Shown one piece after another: positions 38,455 to 48,949 of a stretch of DNA of 63,987 nucleotides. This stretch comes from a virus (Duplodnaviria > Caudoviricetes). Positions within the stretch are counted from its first letter, which is position 1. Every line of letters starts with the position of its first letter. The notes beneath the pieces are model-generated. The model worked only from the letters and a program-made list of their open reading frames with translations. It searched no databases and had not been told where the DNA came from. The stretch covers positions 1 through 63,987 of the IMG/VR virus record IMGVR_UViG_3300030419_004603; one strand, written 5' to 3'. The translations under genes and the position numbers were made by a program.

Positions 38455-39134
38455 TTTCAATAGTCCAAAATTTTATATGCACACAACCTGAGAGGTTAAA
38501 GATAATAGAACGAGAGATATCCAAAATGGGGAGTATATTTCGTGACTATCCATTTTATGTAAACTATAATACATCAATCAATGTCAATGAAGTAGAATCT
38601 TTGTATAAGGACAATATACACAAATTAAATTTCTCAAACGATTTGACACAAGATTGGGGACAAGTAACTTTAAATCTCGTTAATAAAGTGGAGACCAAGT
38701 ATTTAATCATCTTGTGTGAGGATTTTGAATACAGGATTGATTATCAAGAATGGAAAAAAATTGAAAATGAAATTATAGAAAACCGAGTGTCATATATGCC
38801 GATTGGAAGACTTTGGAAATACACAGAGGCACCTTATCATGATTTTTATGATGAAGGTGATAGATTGTGGTTTTATCCTGCCTCTCGGTCACCAGGTTCT
38901 TCATTATCGGTGGATGCTTTTTATGAGACTGATACATTTAAATTCAAATTACTTGAGTTAAAAAATCATTCCTCTGTAAGATTTCCATTAAACTTACCTC
39001 ATCATTATGAGGATATTTTCCACGAGTCCAAAAACAATGGAGTCAAAAATTTAGGAGACATCATGTGTGCTATACCAAAACAAGTTATATTGATGCACGA
39101 ACAACCAGAAACAGAAACGAGGTTGAATAAATGA
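38451..39134 (+). CDS. putative GT-A-like protein
   Basis: W....L..V.TKYLIILCEDF pattern; island context. Confidence 0.5.
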   Translation: MISIVQNFICTQPERLKIIEREISKMGSIFRDYPFYVNYNTSINVNEVESLYKDNIHKLNFSNDLTQDWGQVTLNLVNKVETKYLIILCEDFEYRIDYQEWKKIENEIIENRVSYMPIGRLWKYTEAPYHDFYDEGDRLWFYPASRSPGSSLSVDAFYETDTFKFKLLELKNHSSVRFPLNLPHHYEDIFHESKNNGVKNLGDIMCAIPKQVILMHEQPETETRLNK

Positions 39135-40036
39135 GTGATATATTAATTACAGGTGGAACTGGTTTAGTAGGTTCTGCAATAAAAAACGGAACAAAGTTAT
39201 CATCAAAGGATGGTGATTTAAGAAAATGGGAAACCACATTAAATATATTTAATCATCACAAACCAAAAAAAGTAATACATTGTGCAGGTAAAGTGGGTGG
39301 ACTCGGTGGTAATATGAACTACAAGGGTGAATATTTTTATGATAATATTATGATGAACACAAATGTAATTGAAGCTTCAAGATTAGTTGGAGTAGAAAAG
39401 TTAGTTTGTTTTTTATCTACTTGTGTTTTTCCTGATAATGTAGAGTTTCCATTGACCGAACAAAAAGTACATCTTGGAGAACCTCACTTTTCTAACTATC
39501 CATACGCATATGCTAAAAGAATGGCTGATATACAAATTAAGGCTTATCGTGAACAATATGGAATTGAATATGTTTCGGTAATACCAACAAATATCTATGG
39601 CCCCCACGATAACTTCAACATTGAGACTGGCCATGTTTTACCATCACTTATCCACAAGTGTTATTTGGCACAAAAAAACAATACTGATTTCGTGGTGTGG
39701 GGTACTGGAAAACCTTTGAGAGAGTTTATTTTTTCTAAAGACATAGCTAAATTAACGGAATGGGTATTAGAAAATTATACAGATAGTGAACCAATTATAT
39801 TTTCTACATCAGATGCAGTACCCATAAAAGATGTGGTTGACTTGATTGTAGAGTATATGAATTTTAAAGGTAATGTTGTATGGGATAAAGATAAACCAGA
39901 TGGTCAGTATAGGAAACCATCGAGTATTGAAAAACTAAACTCACTCCTACCTAATTATGAATTTGTATCGATAGAGGATGGATTAAAAGAAACTGTTGAG
40001 TGGTTTTATGAAAATTATGAGTTGGCAAGAAAATGA
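39131..40036 (+). CDS. fcl: GDP-L-fucose synthase
   Basis: TGGTGLVG, AGKVGG, STCVFP, YAYAK, PTNIYGPHDNF, WGTGKPLREF, KPDG. Confidence 0.9.
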   Translation: MSDILITGGTGLVGSAIKNGTKLSSKDGDLRKWETTLNIFNHHKPKKVIHCAGKVGGLGGNMNYKGEYFYDNIMMNTNVIEASRLVGVEKLVCFLSTCVFPDNVEFPLTEQKVHLGEPHFSNYPYAYAKRMADIQIKAYREQYGIEYVSVIPTNIYGPHDNFNIETGHVLPSLIHKCYLAQKNNTDFVVWGTGKPLREFIFSKDIAKLTEWVLENYTDSEPIIFSTSDAVPIKDVVDLIVEYMNFKGNVVWDKDKPDGQYRKPSSIEKLNSLLPNYEFVSIEDGLKETVEWFYENYELARK

Positions 40037-40842
40037 AAATAAAATTATATATCCCAACTTGTGATAAATATAATTGGTTGATTCAACCTTTTGCCTATAC
40101 ATTTAATAAATTTTGGAGTGAAGATATCGAGGTTGTATATTTAGGGTATACCAATCCGAATTTTGAACTACCAAACAATTTTAAATTCGTATCATTGGGT
40201 AAAAATGATTCCTTAGAAAATTGGTCTACTGATTTAAGAAACTATTTCAATAGTATTAATGATGAGTGGTTAATGATGACCGTAGATGATTCGATGTTAA
40301 CATCTCGTACAGATTCTAAACTATATGACTTAGCTTTAGATTACTTACAAAAAACAGATAGAAAAATAGGAAGGTTTGGATTAGAAAGAGATTTAGTCAC
40401 AAGAGAACATCAGCATTGGGATACACATAAAGGTTTTAATTTAGTCGAAGCAAAAAACGAAGCCACACATAGAATTAGTATGAGGTGGTCTATTTGGAAA
40501 AGGGAATACTTGGTAAAACACTTTGTACAAGGAATGACACCTTGGACATTCGAAGAGGATGGGACTATAAACTCAAAAGGAGATGGTTGGGGTATAATAT
40601 CATACTCTAAAACTAATCCACCAAAACCACCTGATAATAGTGTTGTATTTAATACTAATGCACTTTGGAGAAATTGGTTTAGAGACTATGGTAGATTTAA
40701 TATAATGGATTGTGCACACGAAGACCCATTCAAAAAGATTGATGATGAAACAATAGATGAAATGAAGAAATTAAATTACTTTCCTCAAGGAATAGAATTT
40801 GGTTCAATTTATAATAAAAAATGGTATAAGGTAAGAGTATGA
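40033..40842 (+). CDS. putative GT-A-like protein
   Basis: TCDKY..F.KFW, WS..L, MTVDD, SIWKREYL, TPWTFE. Confidence 0.55.
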   Translation: MKIKLYIPTCDKYNWLIQPFAYTFNKFWSEDIEVVYLGYTNPNFELPNNFKFVSLGKNDSLENWSTDLRNYFNSINDEWLMMTVDDSMLTSRTDSKLYDLALDYLQKTDRKIGRFGLERDLVTREHQHWDTHKGFNLVEAKNEATHRISMRWSIWKREYLVKHFVQGMTPWTFEEDGTINSKGDGWGIISYSKTNPPKPPDNSVVFNTNALWRNWFRDYGRFNIMDCAHEDPFKKIDDETIDEMKKLNYFPQGIEFGSIYNKKWYKVRV

Positions 40843-41615
40843 AAAATATTTTGTTTACAACACATTTAGATGACAAGTTCATAGATGGTGCCCTTGTAAT
40901 GATTTATTCTATGAAGAAAAATGTAAAAGATTTTATGGATTACCCAATAAGAGTTTTACATAGTAATGTGATATCTGAATTATCTTTGGAAAATAGGGAG
41001 AGGATAAAAAAATTGGTTCCTCATGTTGAGTTCGTTGACATAAACAATGAAACATATAATAACGCACCAGTACAATATCCAAAACACAGAGTTGCATTTT
41101 TATCATTGGAATGTTTTAGGTCAATACAATATGAAAAAGTATTCTTTTTCGATTGTGATATGTTATGTATTGGGGACATATCAGATATGTTAGAAACTGC
41201 CCCAAGTGATTGGGTATCAGGTTGTGGTGGTTCTCCAACTGATATTAATTGTGGTTTGATGGTAATAGGTAAAAGGTGGTTAGATGATTCGGTTTATGAA
41301 GCGATGGTGGATTCTATTAATTTTATGGGAACCACAAGATTGTTTACTCAGCACATGATAAATGCTATCGTACCTGAATTTAATTTAATATCAGATGATT
41401 ACAATTGGAAAGTTGCACCAACGACAGATTCCAACAGAAAGATAACAGAGTATGGAATCACAGACACTACAAAAATTATTCATTGGGCTGGAGCACTGCC
41501 AGACCAAAACAGAAAACCCTATCCTAAACCTTGGGAAGAAGGTAGAGATTCAAATTCTCTAACTCAACTATGGTATCAATACAAAGACGAGATGTTGGAA
41601 GCCATAAATGAGTAA
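40839..41615 (+). CDS. GT8-family glycosyltransferase
   Basis: YEKVFFFDCDML, NCGLMVI, YN, IIHWAG..KPW. Confidence 0.85.
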   Translation: MKNILFTTHLDDKFIDGALVMIYSMKKNVKDFMDYPIRVLHSNVISELSLENRERIKKLVPHVEFVDINNETYNNAPVQYPKHRVAFLSLECFRSIQYEKVFFFDCDMLCIGDISDMLETAPSDWVSGCGGSPTDINCGLMVIGKRWLDDSVYEAMVDSINFMGTTRLFTQHMINAIVPEFNLISDDYNWKVAPTTDSNRKITEYGITDTTKIIHWAGALPDQNRKPYPKPWEEGRDSNSLTQLWYQYKDEMLEAINE

Positions 41616-42372
41616 GTGTGTGAACATCGTGTGGAAAAATGGACTTGGGAATCAATTATTTGCATATAGTTATGGTCGTATCTTATCAAAACAATTAGGT
41701 CATAATTTGACTTATAGTGGAACAATGGATTCTTGGAAAGGGACATCTCTTTTGGATTATGAATTTATTAGTGAACCCGAACACATATCAAAACACAATG
41801 GTGAAGAAATCGTTGTCAATATTGATTATAACAGACATCAGGCCGTTGATTTGGAAAATCCACATAGTTATACAAATTACTTAGAACAAATTAAATCGTG
41901 GTTTCCAAAAGTTGAAAAAAGTAATACCGATGATTTAGTTGTTCATTTACGATTAGGAGACAATGGCCCAAATATACACACACCATTTGATTGGTATAAA
42001 AAGGCTATTGAGGATAATGAAATAACATTTGACAAGTTATATTTGATTACAGATGGTAGTGATTCAGAGGACGCGAAATCATTCAAATCATATTATAATG
42101 CTGAAATACCATCGTCTGTAAATGTTAGTACTAATCAAGATTGGAAAAAATATATGTCAGAAACAATATTTGACTTCAATTTCATTCGTAGGTTTGACAA
42201 GATATTATTTTCAAATAGTACATTTTCTTGGTGGGCATCTTTACTTAGTGATGCTACCCAAGTGTGGTTCAATAAGGAATGGCAACCAAATCATTATAAC
42301 GGAATGATTAGACTTGGTGAAACAAATTATCCAAATTGGAAGGGGATTATTCCGTATTCATTAAGGGATTAG
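41608..42372 (+). CDS. GT11 alpha-1,2-fucosyl/colitosyltransferase
   Basis: GLGNQLF, VHLRLGD, NSTFSWWA. Confidence 0.88.
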   Translation: MSKCVNIVWKNGLGNQLFAYSYGRILSKQLGHNLTYSGTMDSWKGTSLLDYEFISEPEHISKHNGEEIVVNIDYNRHQAVDLENPHSYTNYLEQIKSWFPKVEKSNTDDLVVHLRLGDNGPNIHTPFDWYKKAIEDNEITFDKLYLITDGSDSEDAKSFKSYYNAEIPSSVNVSTNQDWKKYMSETIFDFNFIRRFDKILFSNSTFSWWASLLSDATQVWFNKEWQPNHYNGMIRLGETNYPNWKGIIPYSLRD

Positions 42373-42374
42373 TT

Positions 42375-42797
42375 ATGGAAAAAATTTATTCGAAGTTAGA
42401 ACCAAATAAACTTTTACATATAGTACACAGAGTGCATGAATTTCATACTATTGAATACGACCATAGAAAAGATATTGTTAGTGAAGATGAGTTTTTACAA
42501 TTATCATCTATGAAGTTAGGTAAAGGTCATACCTTCAAACCACATCAGCATGTTTGGAAAGATGGTGAGGATAAAGTTATAGCACAAGAATCATGGGTAG
42601 TGGTGAATGGTAGTGTTGAATGTAGTTTTTACGATACCGATGGAACATTGTTGAGTAAACCAATTTTAAAACAAGGCGATTGTTCTGTGACTTTAGGGGG
42701 TGGACACACCTATTTAATATTAGAAGATAACACATTAGTTTACGAGTACAAGACAGGCCCATATAAAGGTCAAGAATTAGATAAGGTTTTAATATGA
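42375..42797 (+). CDS. cupin (WbuC-like) protein
   Basis: FKPHQH, QESWVV..G.V..FYD, L..GD....GGH, YEYKTGPY. Confidence 0.75.
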   Translation: MEKIYSKLEPNKLLHIVHRVHEFHTIEYDHRKDIVSEDEFLQLSSMKLGKGHTFKPHQHVWKDGEDKVIAQESWVVVNGSVECSFYDTDGTLLSKPILKQGDCSVTLGGGHTYLILEDNTLVYEYKTGPYKGQELDKVLI

Positions 42798-43411
42798 AAT
42801 TCAATATAGGTTGTGGTTGGAGAAACTTTGGAGATGATTGGGTACACATTGATGGTGGGGATTACGACCATCTCGATTCAAAGGATGTTTTTTTAGAATC
42901 CTACTCAAATAATTCTGCCGATTTAATTTACTCTTCTCATTTTATTGAATATTTAGATAGAGAAGAGGTTATACCATTATTAAAAAGGTGGAAAGAAGTT
43001 TTAAAACACAATGGAACTTTAAGATTGGCTGTACCTGATTTCAAATCTATGGCACTATTATATACAGATTATAATTTCGCCTACAAGATAGAAGACTTTT
43101 TAGGACCTCTTTATGGTAAAATGAAAATGGGTGATAAGACAATATACCATAAAACAGCCTATGATTTCAAGAGTCTAAAGAACCTATTGGAAGGTATTGG
43201 TATGGTAGAGGTGGAGATTTATAATTGGAGAGAAACTGAGCACGGAAAATTTGACGACCATTCACAATCTTATTTACCACATATGGACAAGGAAAATGGT
43301 AAACTAATGAGTCTTAATGTAGAATGTAAAAAGAAAGTCCCAATTCAAAGGGGATGGAGAGGACAGAAATTAGGAAGTCATTGGTTAGAAGAGGAGAGTA
43401 ATAATGGGTAA
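42794..43411 (+). CDS. class I SAM methyltransferase (type 11-like)
   Basis: NIGCG, IYSSHFIEY, LKHNGTLRLAVPD. Confidence 0.82.
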   Translation: MKFNIGCGWRNFGDDWVHIDGGDYDHLDSKDVFLESYSNNSADLIYSSHFIEYLDREEVIPLLKRWKEVLKHNGTLRLAVPDFKSMALLYTDYNFAYKIEDFLGPLYGKMKMGDKTIYHKTAYDFKSLKNLLEGIGMVEVEIYNWRETEHGKFDDHSQSYLPHMDKENGKLMSLNVECKKKVPIQRGWRGQKLGSHWLEEESNNG

Positions 43412-44165
43412 TTATCAAGGACTAAAAAAAGAAGAAACAAGAAATGAATATGGAAAAGATATTCATTATACGAGTTGGCCAGTTGGAAAGATTCCAAAGG
43501 AATTCCAAAGACCTGAACTTGACCAACTAACAGAGTTGGGATATGAATGGGATGACCCAAGAGATGTTGTGGATATGTTTGAAGAAAAGGTTGCCAAGTT
43601 TGCTGGTAGTAAATATGCTTGTAGTATAGATTCGTGTTCTAATGGATTATATCTAGCGATGAAATATCTTGAATCTAAAGGTACAATTACAATACCGAGT
43701 AGAACTTATGTTTCACCACCGATGCAGATAATACATGCTGGATGTAAAGTTAAGTTTGAAGATATAGAATGGAGTGGTGTGTATCAACTCAAACCATATA
43801 ATATTTGGGATGGTGCAACAAGATGGTCAAAGGGAATGTATGTTGGTGATGATGCAATACAAGTTGTGTCTTTTCAAATTAAAAAACGAGTCCCAATTGG
43901 TCGTGGTGGAATGATATTAACGGATAGTAAAGAAGCATTTGAATGGTTTAAGTATGCAACATACGATGGTAGAAATCTAAGACAATATTATATGGATGAT
44001 GAGTTTGCAATGATAGGTTGGCATATGTATATGACACCTGAGGATGCGGCTAGAGGAATTATTTTGATGGATTCGGTACCTGAAGAAAATGAAGATACTG
44101 GAAGTTCAAAGACCTATTCGGATTTATCAGATAGAAAAGTATTTAAAAAACATTTAGGGAATTAA
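43404..44165 (+). CDS. short DegT/DnrJ/EryC1/StrS PLP aminotransferase
   Basis: FEEKVAKFAG, DSCSNGL, WDGA, SFQIKK, GRGGMIL; only 253 aa. Confidence 0.78.
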   Translation: MGNYQGLKKEETRNEYGKDIHYTSWPVGKIPKEFQRPELDQLTELGYEWDDPRDVVDMFEEKVAKFAGSKYACSIDSCSNGLYLAMKYLESKGTITIPSRTYVSPPMQIIHAGCKVKFEDIEWSGVYQLKPYNIWDGATRWSKGMYVGDDAIQVVSFQIKKRVPIGRGGMILTDSKEAFEWFKYATYDGRNLRQYYMDDEFAMIGWHMYMTPEDAARGIILMDSVPEENEDTGSSKTYSDLSDRKVFKKHLGN

Positions 44166-44167
44166 TA

Positions 44168-45142
44168 ATGAAGAAAAAAGCTTTTATAACAGGTATAAAT
44201 GGTCAAGATGGTAGTTATCTGGCCGAATTATTACTCGAAAAAGATTATGAGGTATACGGAATCGTAAGGAGAAATTCAGTAGCAGAAAACCAAGAAAATA
44301 GAATTGATGGGTTAGTTGGGAATGGAGTAGAAACTTTCTATGGTGATTTGACAGATATTAGTTCATTGGAAAGATTAATACGAACTATAAAACCAGATGA
44401 AATATATAATATAGCAGCTCAAAGTCATGTTCGTATAAGTTTCGATATACCACAATATACAGTTCAGGCTAACGCACTTGGTATTGTTAATATTTTAGAA
44501 GCATGGAGAAACAATTGTCCAACAGCAAGATTCTATCAGGCATCATCATCAGAGATGTTTGGTCGTTCTGTAGATGAGGATGGATACCAAAGAGAAACCA
44601 CACCGATGCACCCCACAAGTCCTTATGGATGTACAAAGGTATTTGGGTTCAATATGACACAACATTACAGACACGCTTACAAATTATTCGCCTGTAATGG
44701 TATTTTATTCAACCACGAATCACCAAGGCGTGGAGCTAACTTTGTCACTAACAAAGTTGTAAAATCTGCAGTTGAAATTAAAAAAGGATTACGAGATAAG
44801 TTACCACTTGGAAATCTTGAAGCTTATAGAGATTGGGGACATTCAAAAGATTATGTTAGAGCGATGCACATGATTATGAATCATGATACACCTGATGATT
44901 TTGTATGTGCAACAGGTGTAACTAATTCGGTTGGTGATATGTGTGAATATGTTTTTGGTAAATTAGATTTAAATTCCAAAGATTACATTACAATTGACCC
45001 AAGATTTTTTAGAGCTGAAGAATTAAAATATCTTCGTGGTGATTCATCAAAATTGAGAGAGACTTTAGGGTGGGAACCAGAGTTTACTTTTGAAACCTTG
45101 ATGGACGACATGATTCAACATTGGTTAAAAATATATGAGTAA
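44168..45142 (+). CDS. gmd: GDP-mannose 4,6-dehydratase
   Basis: ITGINGQDGSYLAE, AAQSHV, QASSSEMFG, SPYGCTK, LFNHESPRRG, RDWGH. Confidence 0.95.
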   Translation: MKKKAFITGINGQDGSYLAELLLEKDYEVYGIVRRNSVAENQENRIDGLVGNGVETFYGDLTDISSLERLIRTIKPDEIYNIAAQSHVRISFDIPQYTVQANALGIVNILEAWRNNCPTARFYQASSSEMFGRSVDEDGYQRETTPMHPTSPYGCTKVFGFNMTQHYRHAYKLFACNGILFNHESPRRGANFVTNKVVKSAVEIKKGLRDKLPLGNLEAYRDWGHSKDYVRAMHMIMNHDTPDDFVCATGVTNSVGDMCEYVFGKLDLNSKDYITIDPRFFRAEELKYLRGDSSKLRETLGWEPEFTFETLMDDMIQHWLKIYE

Positions 45143-45812
45143 CTTTACCGACACAAAAACAAGTCAGATTTCTGAATTACATAAAATTTATAATGAGTAT
45201 TTTGATTCAGACAAAGGTGGTTTTTTTGTTGAGGTTGGTGCCTACGATGGATATAGATGGAGTAATACCACATCATTAATTGAGTCAGATTGGAGTGGTA
45301 TTTTGGTTGAACCAATTGATGAATATTTCAAATCATGTCAAGATAGATACAAAGATAATCGAAAAATACAGATTTACAATTGTTGTATTGGTTGGGAAAA
45401 TCAACCCTCTAAGAAAGTTTACTTTGGAGGTCCTTGTACCACTATAATGGAAGAGATGATACCGATTTACAATGAGACAGACCCATCGGATAATCATAGT
45501 TTAGATAATTATGAAATCAGAGATATGTTTACATTGGATAAATTTTTAGAAGATAAAAATGTTGAGAAAAACTTTGATGTGTTGTGTATTGATGTTGAAG
45601 GTGCGGAGTGGAAAATACTTGAGGTATTTGAAATTGAAAAATGGAGACCTAAGATGGCCATAATAGAAACTCACGAGAAACACGAAAATTTAAAGAAAAG
45701 AATGTCGGGTAATTCAGAACAAATTAATCAATATTTTTTTGACAATGAATATAAACAAGTCTATGTTGATTGGGTCAATTCAATTTATGTAGATGAAAGA
45801 ATTTGGGGGTAA
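45135..45812 (+). CDS. FkbM-family methyltransferase
   Basis: FVEVGAYDG..SNT, WSGILVEP, IDVEGAE. Confidence 0.85.
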   Translation: MSNFTDTKTSQISELHKIYNEYFDSDKGGFFVEVGAYDGYRWSNTTSLIESDWSGILVEPIDEYFKSCQDRYKDNRKIQIYNCCIGWENQPSKKVYFGGPCTTIMEEMIPIYNETDPSDNHSLDNYEIRDMFTLDKFLEDKNVEKNFDVLCIDVEGAEWKILEVFEIEKWRPKMAIIETHEKHENLKKRMSGNSEQINQYFFDNEYKQVYVDWVNSIYVDERIWG

Positions 45813-45813
45813 T

Positions 45814-47511
45814 ATGAAAATAGTAGGTTATCAATCAGGTCACGATGTTTCGTATTGTATTTTAGAAGATGGAGTACCAATAATACATGAAGAATTAGAA
45901 AGGTTTACAAGAGAAAAGGAACCACTTGGAGATGGATTAGAATTTGCCTTAAACAATATATCGGATGATGAACTTAATGAAATAAAATATTTTACAGAAG
46001 GTAACCCATTTGATAGAAGTAGTAGATATGGGCCTATATGTTCAAAAGAAATCCCATACCAAAAAATGAAAAATCATGTGAAAGAAAAAAATGGTGGACA
46101 TCATATTGTCAGCCATCATCAATCTCATGCCGCAAACGCTTTCTTTTCAAGTAACCATGATGATGCCTTAATAATCACCATTGATGGTGGTGGAAATGAA
46201 AAACATGATTGGAAAGATACACATAGTGAATTTAAAGGTGGTATAGGAACATCATTTACCGTATGGTCAGGAAGTGGTAATAAAATTAAACCAATCAAAA
46301 TTTATAATGATACATACATAAATTTAGGTGTATTTTACCAATCAATCACAAAACGAATATATAACTTATCTATTGGACATCCATATGGATTTCAAGGTGG
46401 AACCGTAATGGCCATGGCTTGTATGGGTAATCCTGATAAACAGATTCCTGACCGACTTCTCCCCAGCTGGGGTGGTAGTTATTTCGACCTTTTTTATGGG
46501 ATATTGAGAGGTAAGAATACGAGAGCAGGTTTTGACCAACAAATCCGTGATAATAGATTAGATGGTTTAAGAGAACAAAATGGTGATTACAGCAAAGATG
46601 AAAAAGATTTATTTGATGTCGCTGCTGGAGCACAAAAGGCACTTGAAACAAGGGCAAGAGAGATTATAACTCCATATATTGAGGAATATAAACCAAAAAA
46701 CATTTGTCTGTCTGGTGGTGTGGTGTTGAATTCAGTTATGGTGGGTAAAATGTATGATTGGTTTCCAAATATTGAAGATATATATGTCTGTCCAGTACCA
46801 TATGATGCAGGATTGGCCTTAGGTTCAGCACAATACATTTACCACCAAGTCATGGATAAACCAAGAGTAAAGTGGGATGATAATTCTTCACCTTACTTGG
46901 GGAGAACCTACGATGAAAAGAGTGTGTGGTCAGCCCTTGATAAAGTTTCCGATGTACATATCAAGATAGTAGATGATGAATCCGTTGCTAGGTTATTATC
47001 ACAAGATAACAATGTGATTTCAGTATTTGGTGGTGGTTCAGAATCAGGTAGAAGGGCACTTGGTAATCGTAGTATATTGGCAGACCCAAGAAGTCCTAAG
47101 ATGAAGGATATTATAAATGAGAAAGTCAAACATAGACAATGGTTTAGACCATTTGCTCCAAGTATCACACGAGAGGATGTGAAAGATTGGTTTGAAAAGG
47201 ATGTAAATAGTCCTTACATGACCGCTGTAATAAGGTTCAAAGAGGAGATGAGAGACAAAGTACCCGCAGTAGTTCATTTCGATGGGACAGCAAGATTACA
47301 AACTGTAACAGAAAACGATAACGAGTGGTATTATAATTTTATCAAAAAATTCGAATCCGTGTCGGGCGTACCGATTGTCTTAAACACAAGTTTTAACGAT
47401 AGAGAACCTATAGTTGAGACACCTGAACATGCTGTCGGTTGTTTTTTAGGAACGGATATTGATTACTTATACTTTAGAGAGTTTGGAATCTTGGTGAGTA
47501 AAAATGGATAA
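45814..47511 (+). CDS. carbamoyltransferase (NodU/CmcH family)
   Basis: HDVS, ELER, HHQSHAANAF, DGGG, LSGGVVLN, DAGLALG, RALGNRSILADP, RPFAP, DGTARLQ, LNTSFN. Confidence 0.92.
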   Translation: MKIVGYQSGHDVSYCILEDGVPIIHEELERFTREKEPLGDGLEFALNNISDDELNEIKYFTEGNPFDRSSRYGPICSKEIPYQKMKNHVKEKNGGHHIVSHHQSHAANAFFSSNHDDALIITIDGGGNEKHDWKDTHSEFKGGIGTSFTVWSGSGNKIKPIKIYNDTYINLGVFYQSITKRIYNLSIGHPYGFQGGTVMAMACMGNPDKQIPDRLLPSWGGSYFDLFYGILRGKNTRAGFDQQIRDNRLDGLREQNGDYSKDEKDLFDVAAGAQKALETRAREIITPYIEEYKPKNICLSGGVVLNSVMVGKMYDWFPNIEDIYVCPVPYDAGLALGSAQYIYHQVMDKPRVKWDDNSSPYLGRTYDEKSVWSALDKVSDVHIKIVDDESVARLLSQDNNVISVFGGGSESGRRALGNRSILADPRSPKMKDIINEKVKHRQWFRPFAPSITREDVKDWFEKDVNSPYMTAVIRFKEEMRDKVPAVVHFDGTARLQTVTENDNEWYYNFIKKFESVSGVPIVLNTSFNDREPIVETPEHAVGCFLGTDIDYLYFREFGILVSKNG

Positions 47512-48220
47512 TTTCTTTTATTCAAACGAGGAGATGGAATCATTATTTCGAAGTAGAAGCCTTCAATACCCATCACGATATTCTCTTGATGATTTGATAG
47601 TTAAGATGAAAGAGTTGAATAAATTTGAATCTGAAATTGATTCAAATAAATCGATAGCCGTTGTTGGTAATTCAGGTAAATTATTAGACCAAGATTATGG
47701 TGAACTTATAGATTCTCATGATTTAATTTTTAGATGTAATTTAGCATTGACAGAGGGTTACGAACATAAGGTTGGGAGTAAAACTGATTTAAGATTTATC
47801 GCGGGAAAATCATTTTGGAGGGATTTAACTGGTCAGTTCTCAGGTTATGAAGATAACTTTTTAACCAACCTTAAAAATCAAAGTTTCATAATCAAGGCCG
47901 AACCATTATACGCTGCCATACAAGGTATCATTAAAAACTATAATACTAAATCAAATATATTATTTCTAAGACAAGAAAAAATAAACAATTATGAAAAGAG
48001 TGCCAATCTACACGATATCACACTTGGACTAACCGCTATCTGTACTGCATTAGAGTGGTCTAATAAAGTATCTGTTTTTGGATTTTCATTTTTTCAAGAG
48101 GGTTGGGATAAACAACATTATTTCGAAAGTATTACTCCATATCATCGAGGTCATGACGCTTTAAGTGAAAAACACTTTGTTGAATCGCTGGAAAAAAATG
48201 GTCGATTAAAAACTTATTAA
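47504..48220 (+). CDS. GT29 sialyltransferase-like protein
   Basis: Sialylmotif L (AVVGNSG..GELIDSHD..RCN.A..GYE.KVGSKT), S (TLG..A...A...SNKVSVFGF), III (HYFE), VS (HDALSE). Confidence 0.85.
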   Translation: MDNFFYSNEEMESLFRSRSLQYPSRYSLDDLIVKMKELNKFESEIDSNKSIAVVGNSGKLLDQDYGELIDSHDLIFRCNLALTEGYEHKVGSKTDLRFIAGKSFWRDLTGQFSGYEDNFLTNLKNQSFIIKAEPLYAAIQGIIKNYNTKSNILFLRQEKINNYEKSANLHDITLGLTAICTALEWSNKVSVFGFSFFQEGWDKQHYFESITPYHRGHDALSEKHFVESLEKNGRLKTY

Positions 48221-48241
48221 TAATTATAGTGGGAGAGAAAA

Positions 48242-48946
48242 GTGGCAGTTTATCCTGGCAATATTATAATAGTTGGAATGGGTAGGAGTGGAACCACACT
48301 TTTAAGGGAAATATTACATCGAGCATTCGGTTCTAAAAGGGTTGAATATTACCATTGGCCAAGAAATTACAGTATTCACAGAGGTAGTGGTAAAAAACAT
48401 GAAAAAGATTTTTGGATAATATGTCAAAGAGATTTTCGTGATGTGTTAGCCTCAGGAATTAGAAACATGATTCAAAGGTCACCTCATGTGGATGCTATGG
48501 AAGAATATCGTGTCACAGAAAATCAAATTCCACCTGAAGGATTTAAAAAATTCAGAGTTGATTATCATTATAAAGAAGAGTATTATAATTACGAATACTT
48601 TATACCCGAACATCAAATTTTAAAACAAGGTCATAAGATAATAGAAGATGGTTGGGATTATTGGATTGATAGGGTTGATTATATTTTTTGTTATGAGGAT
48701 TACATGAAGGATAGAAATAAAGTCGTTACAGATTTAATGAATAAAATTCCATTCAATAAAGTTTATGATTATCCAGTAGATGATTTGATTGGACAAACAG
48801 ATGTTTGGTTGGGTGTTAATCCTGAACATGCATCCAATGGTGGAAAAATTAATGGTTGGTCGGATGTCTTTTCCGAAAAACAAGAACAAATAATAATCCG
48901 TGAGTTCGGCGGTTGGTTAAAATCTCAAGGATATATTAAGGAGTAA
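48242..48946 (+). CDS. sulfotransferase
   Basis: GMGRSGTTLL, RDFRDVLAS, YED, GKINGW. Confidence 0.78.
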   Translation: MAVYPGNIIIVGMGRSGTTLLREILHRAFGSKRVEYYHWPRNYSIHRGSGKKHEKDFWIICQRDFRDVLASGIRNMIQRSPHVDAMEEYRVTENQIPPEGFKKFRVDYHYKEEYYNYEYFIPEHQILKQGHKIIEDGWDYWIDRVDYIFCYEDYMKDRNKVVTDLMNKIPFNKVYDYPVDDLIGQTDVWLGVNPEHASNGGKINGWSDVFSEKQEQIIIREFGGWLKSQGYIKE

Positions 48947-48949
48947 GAA

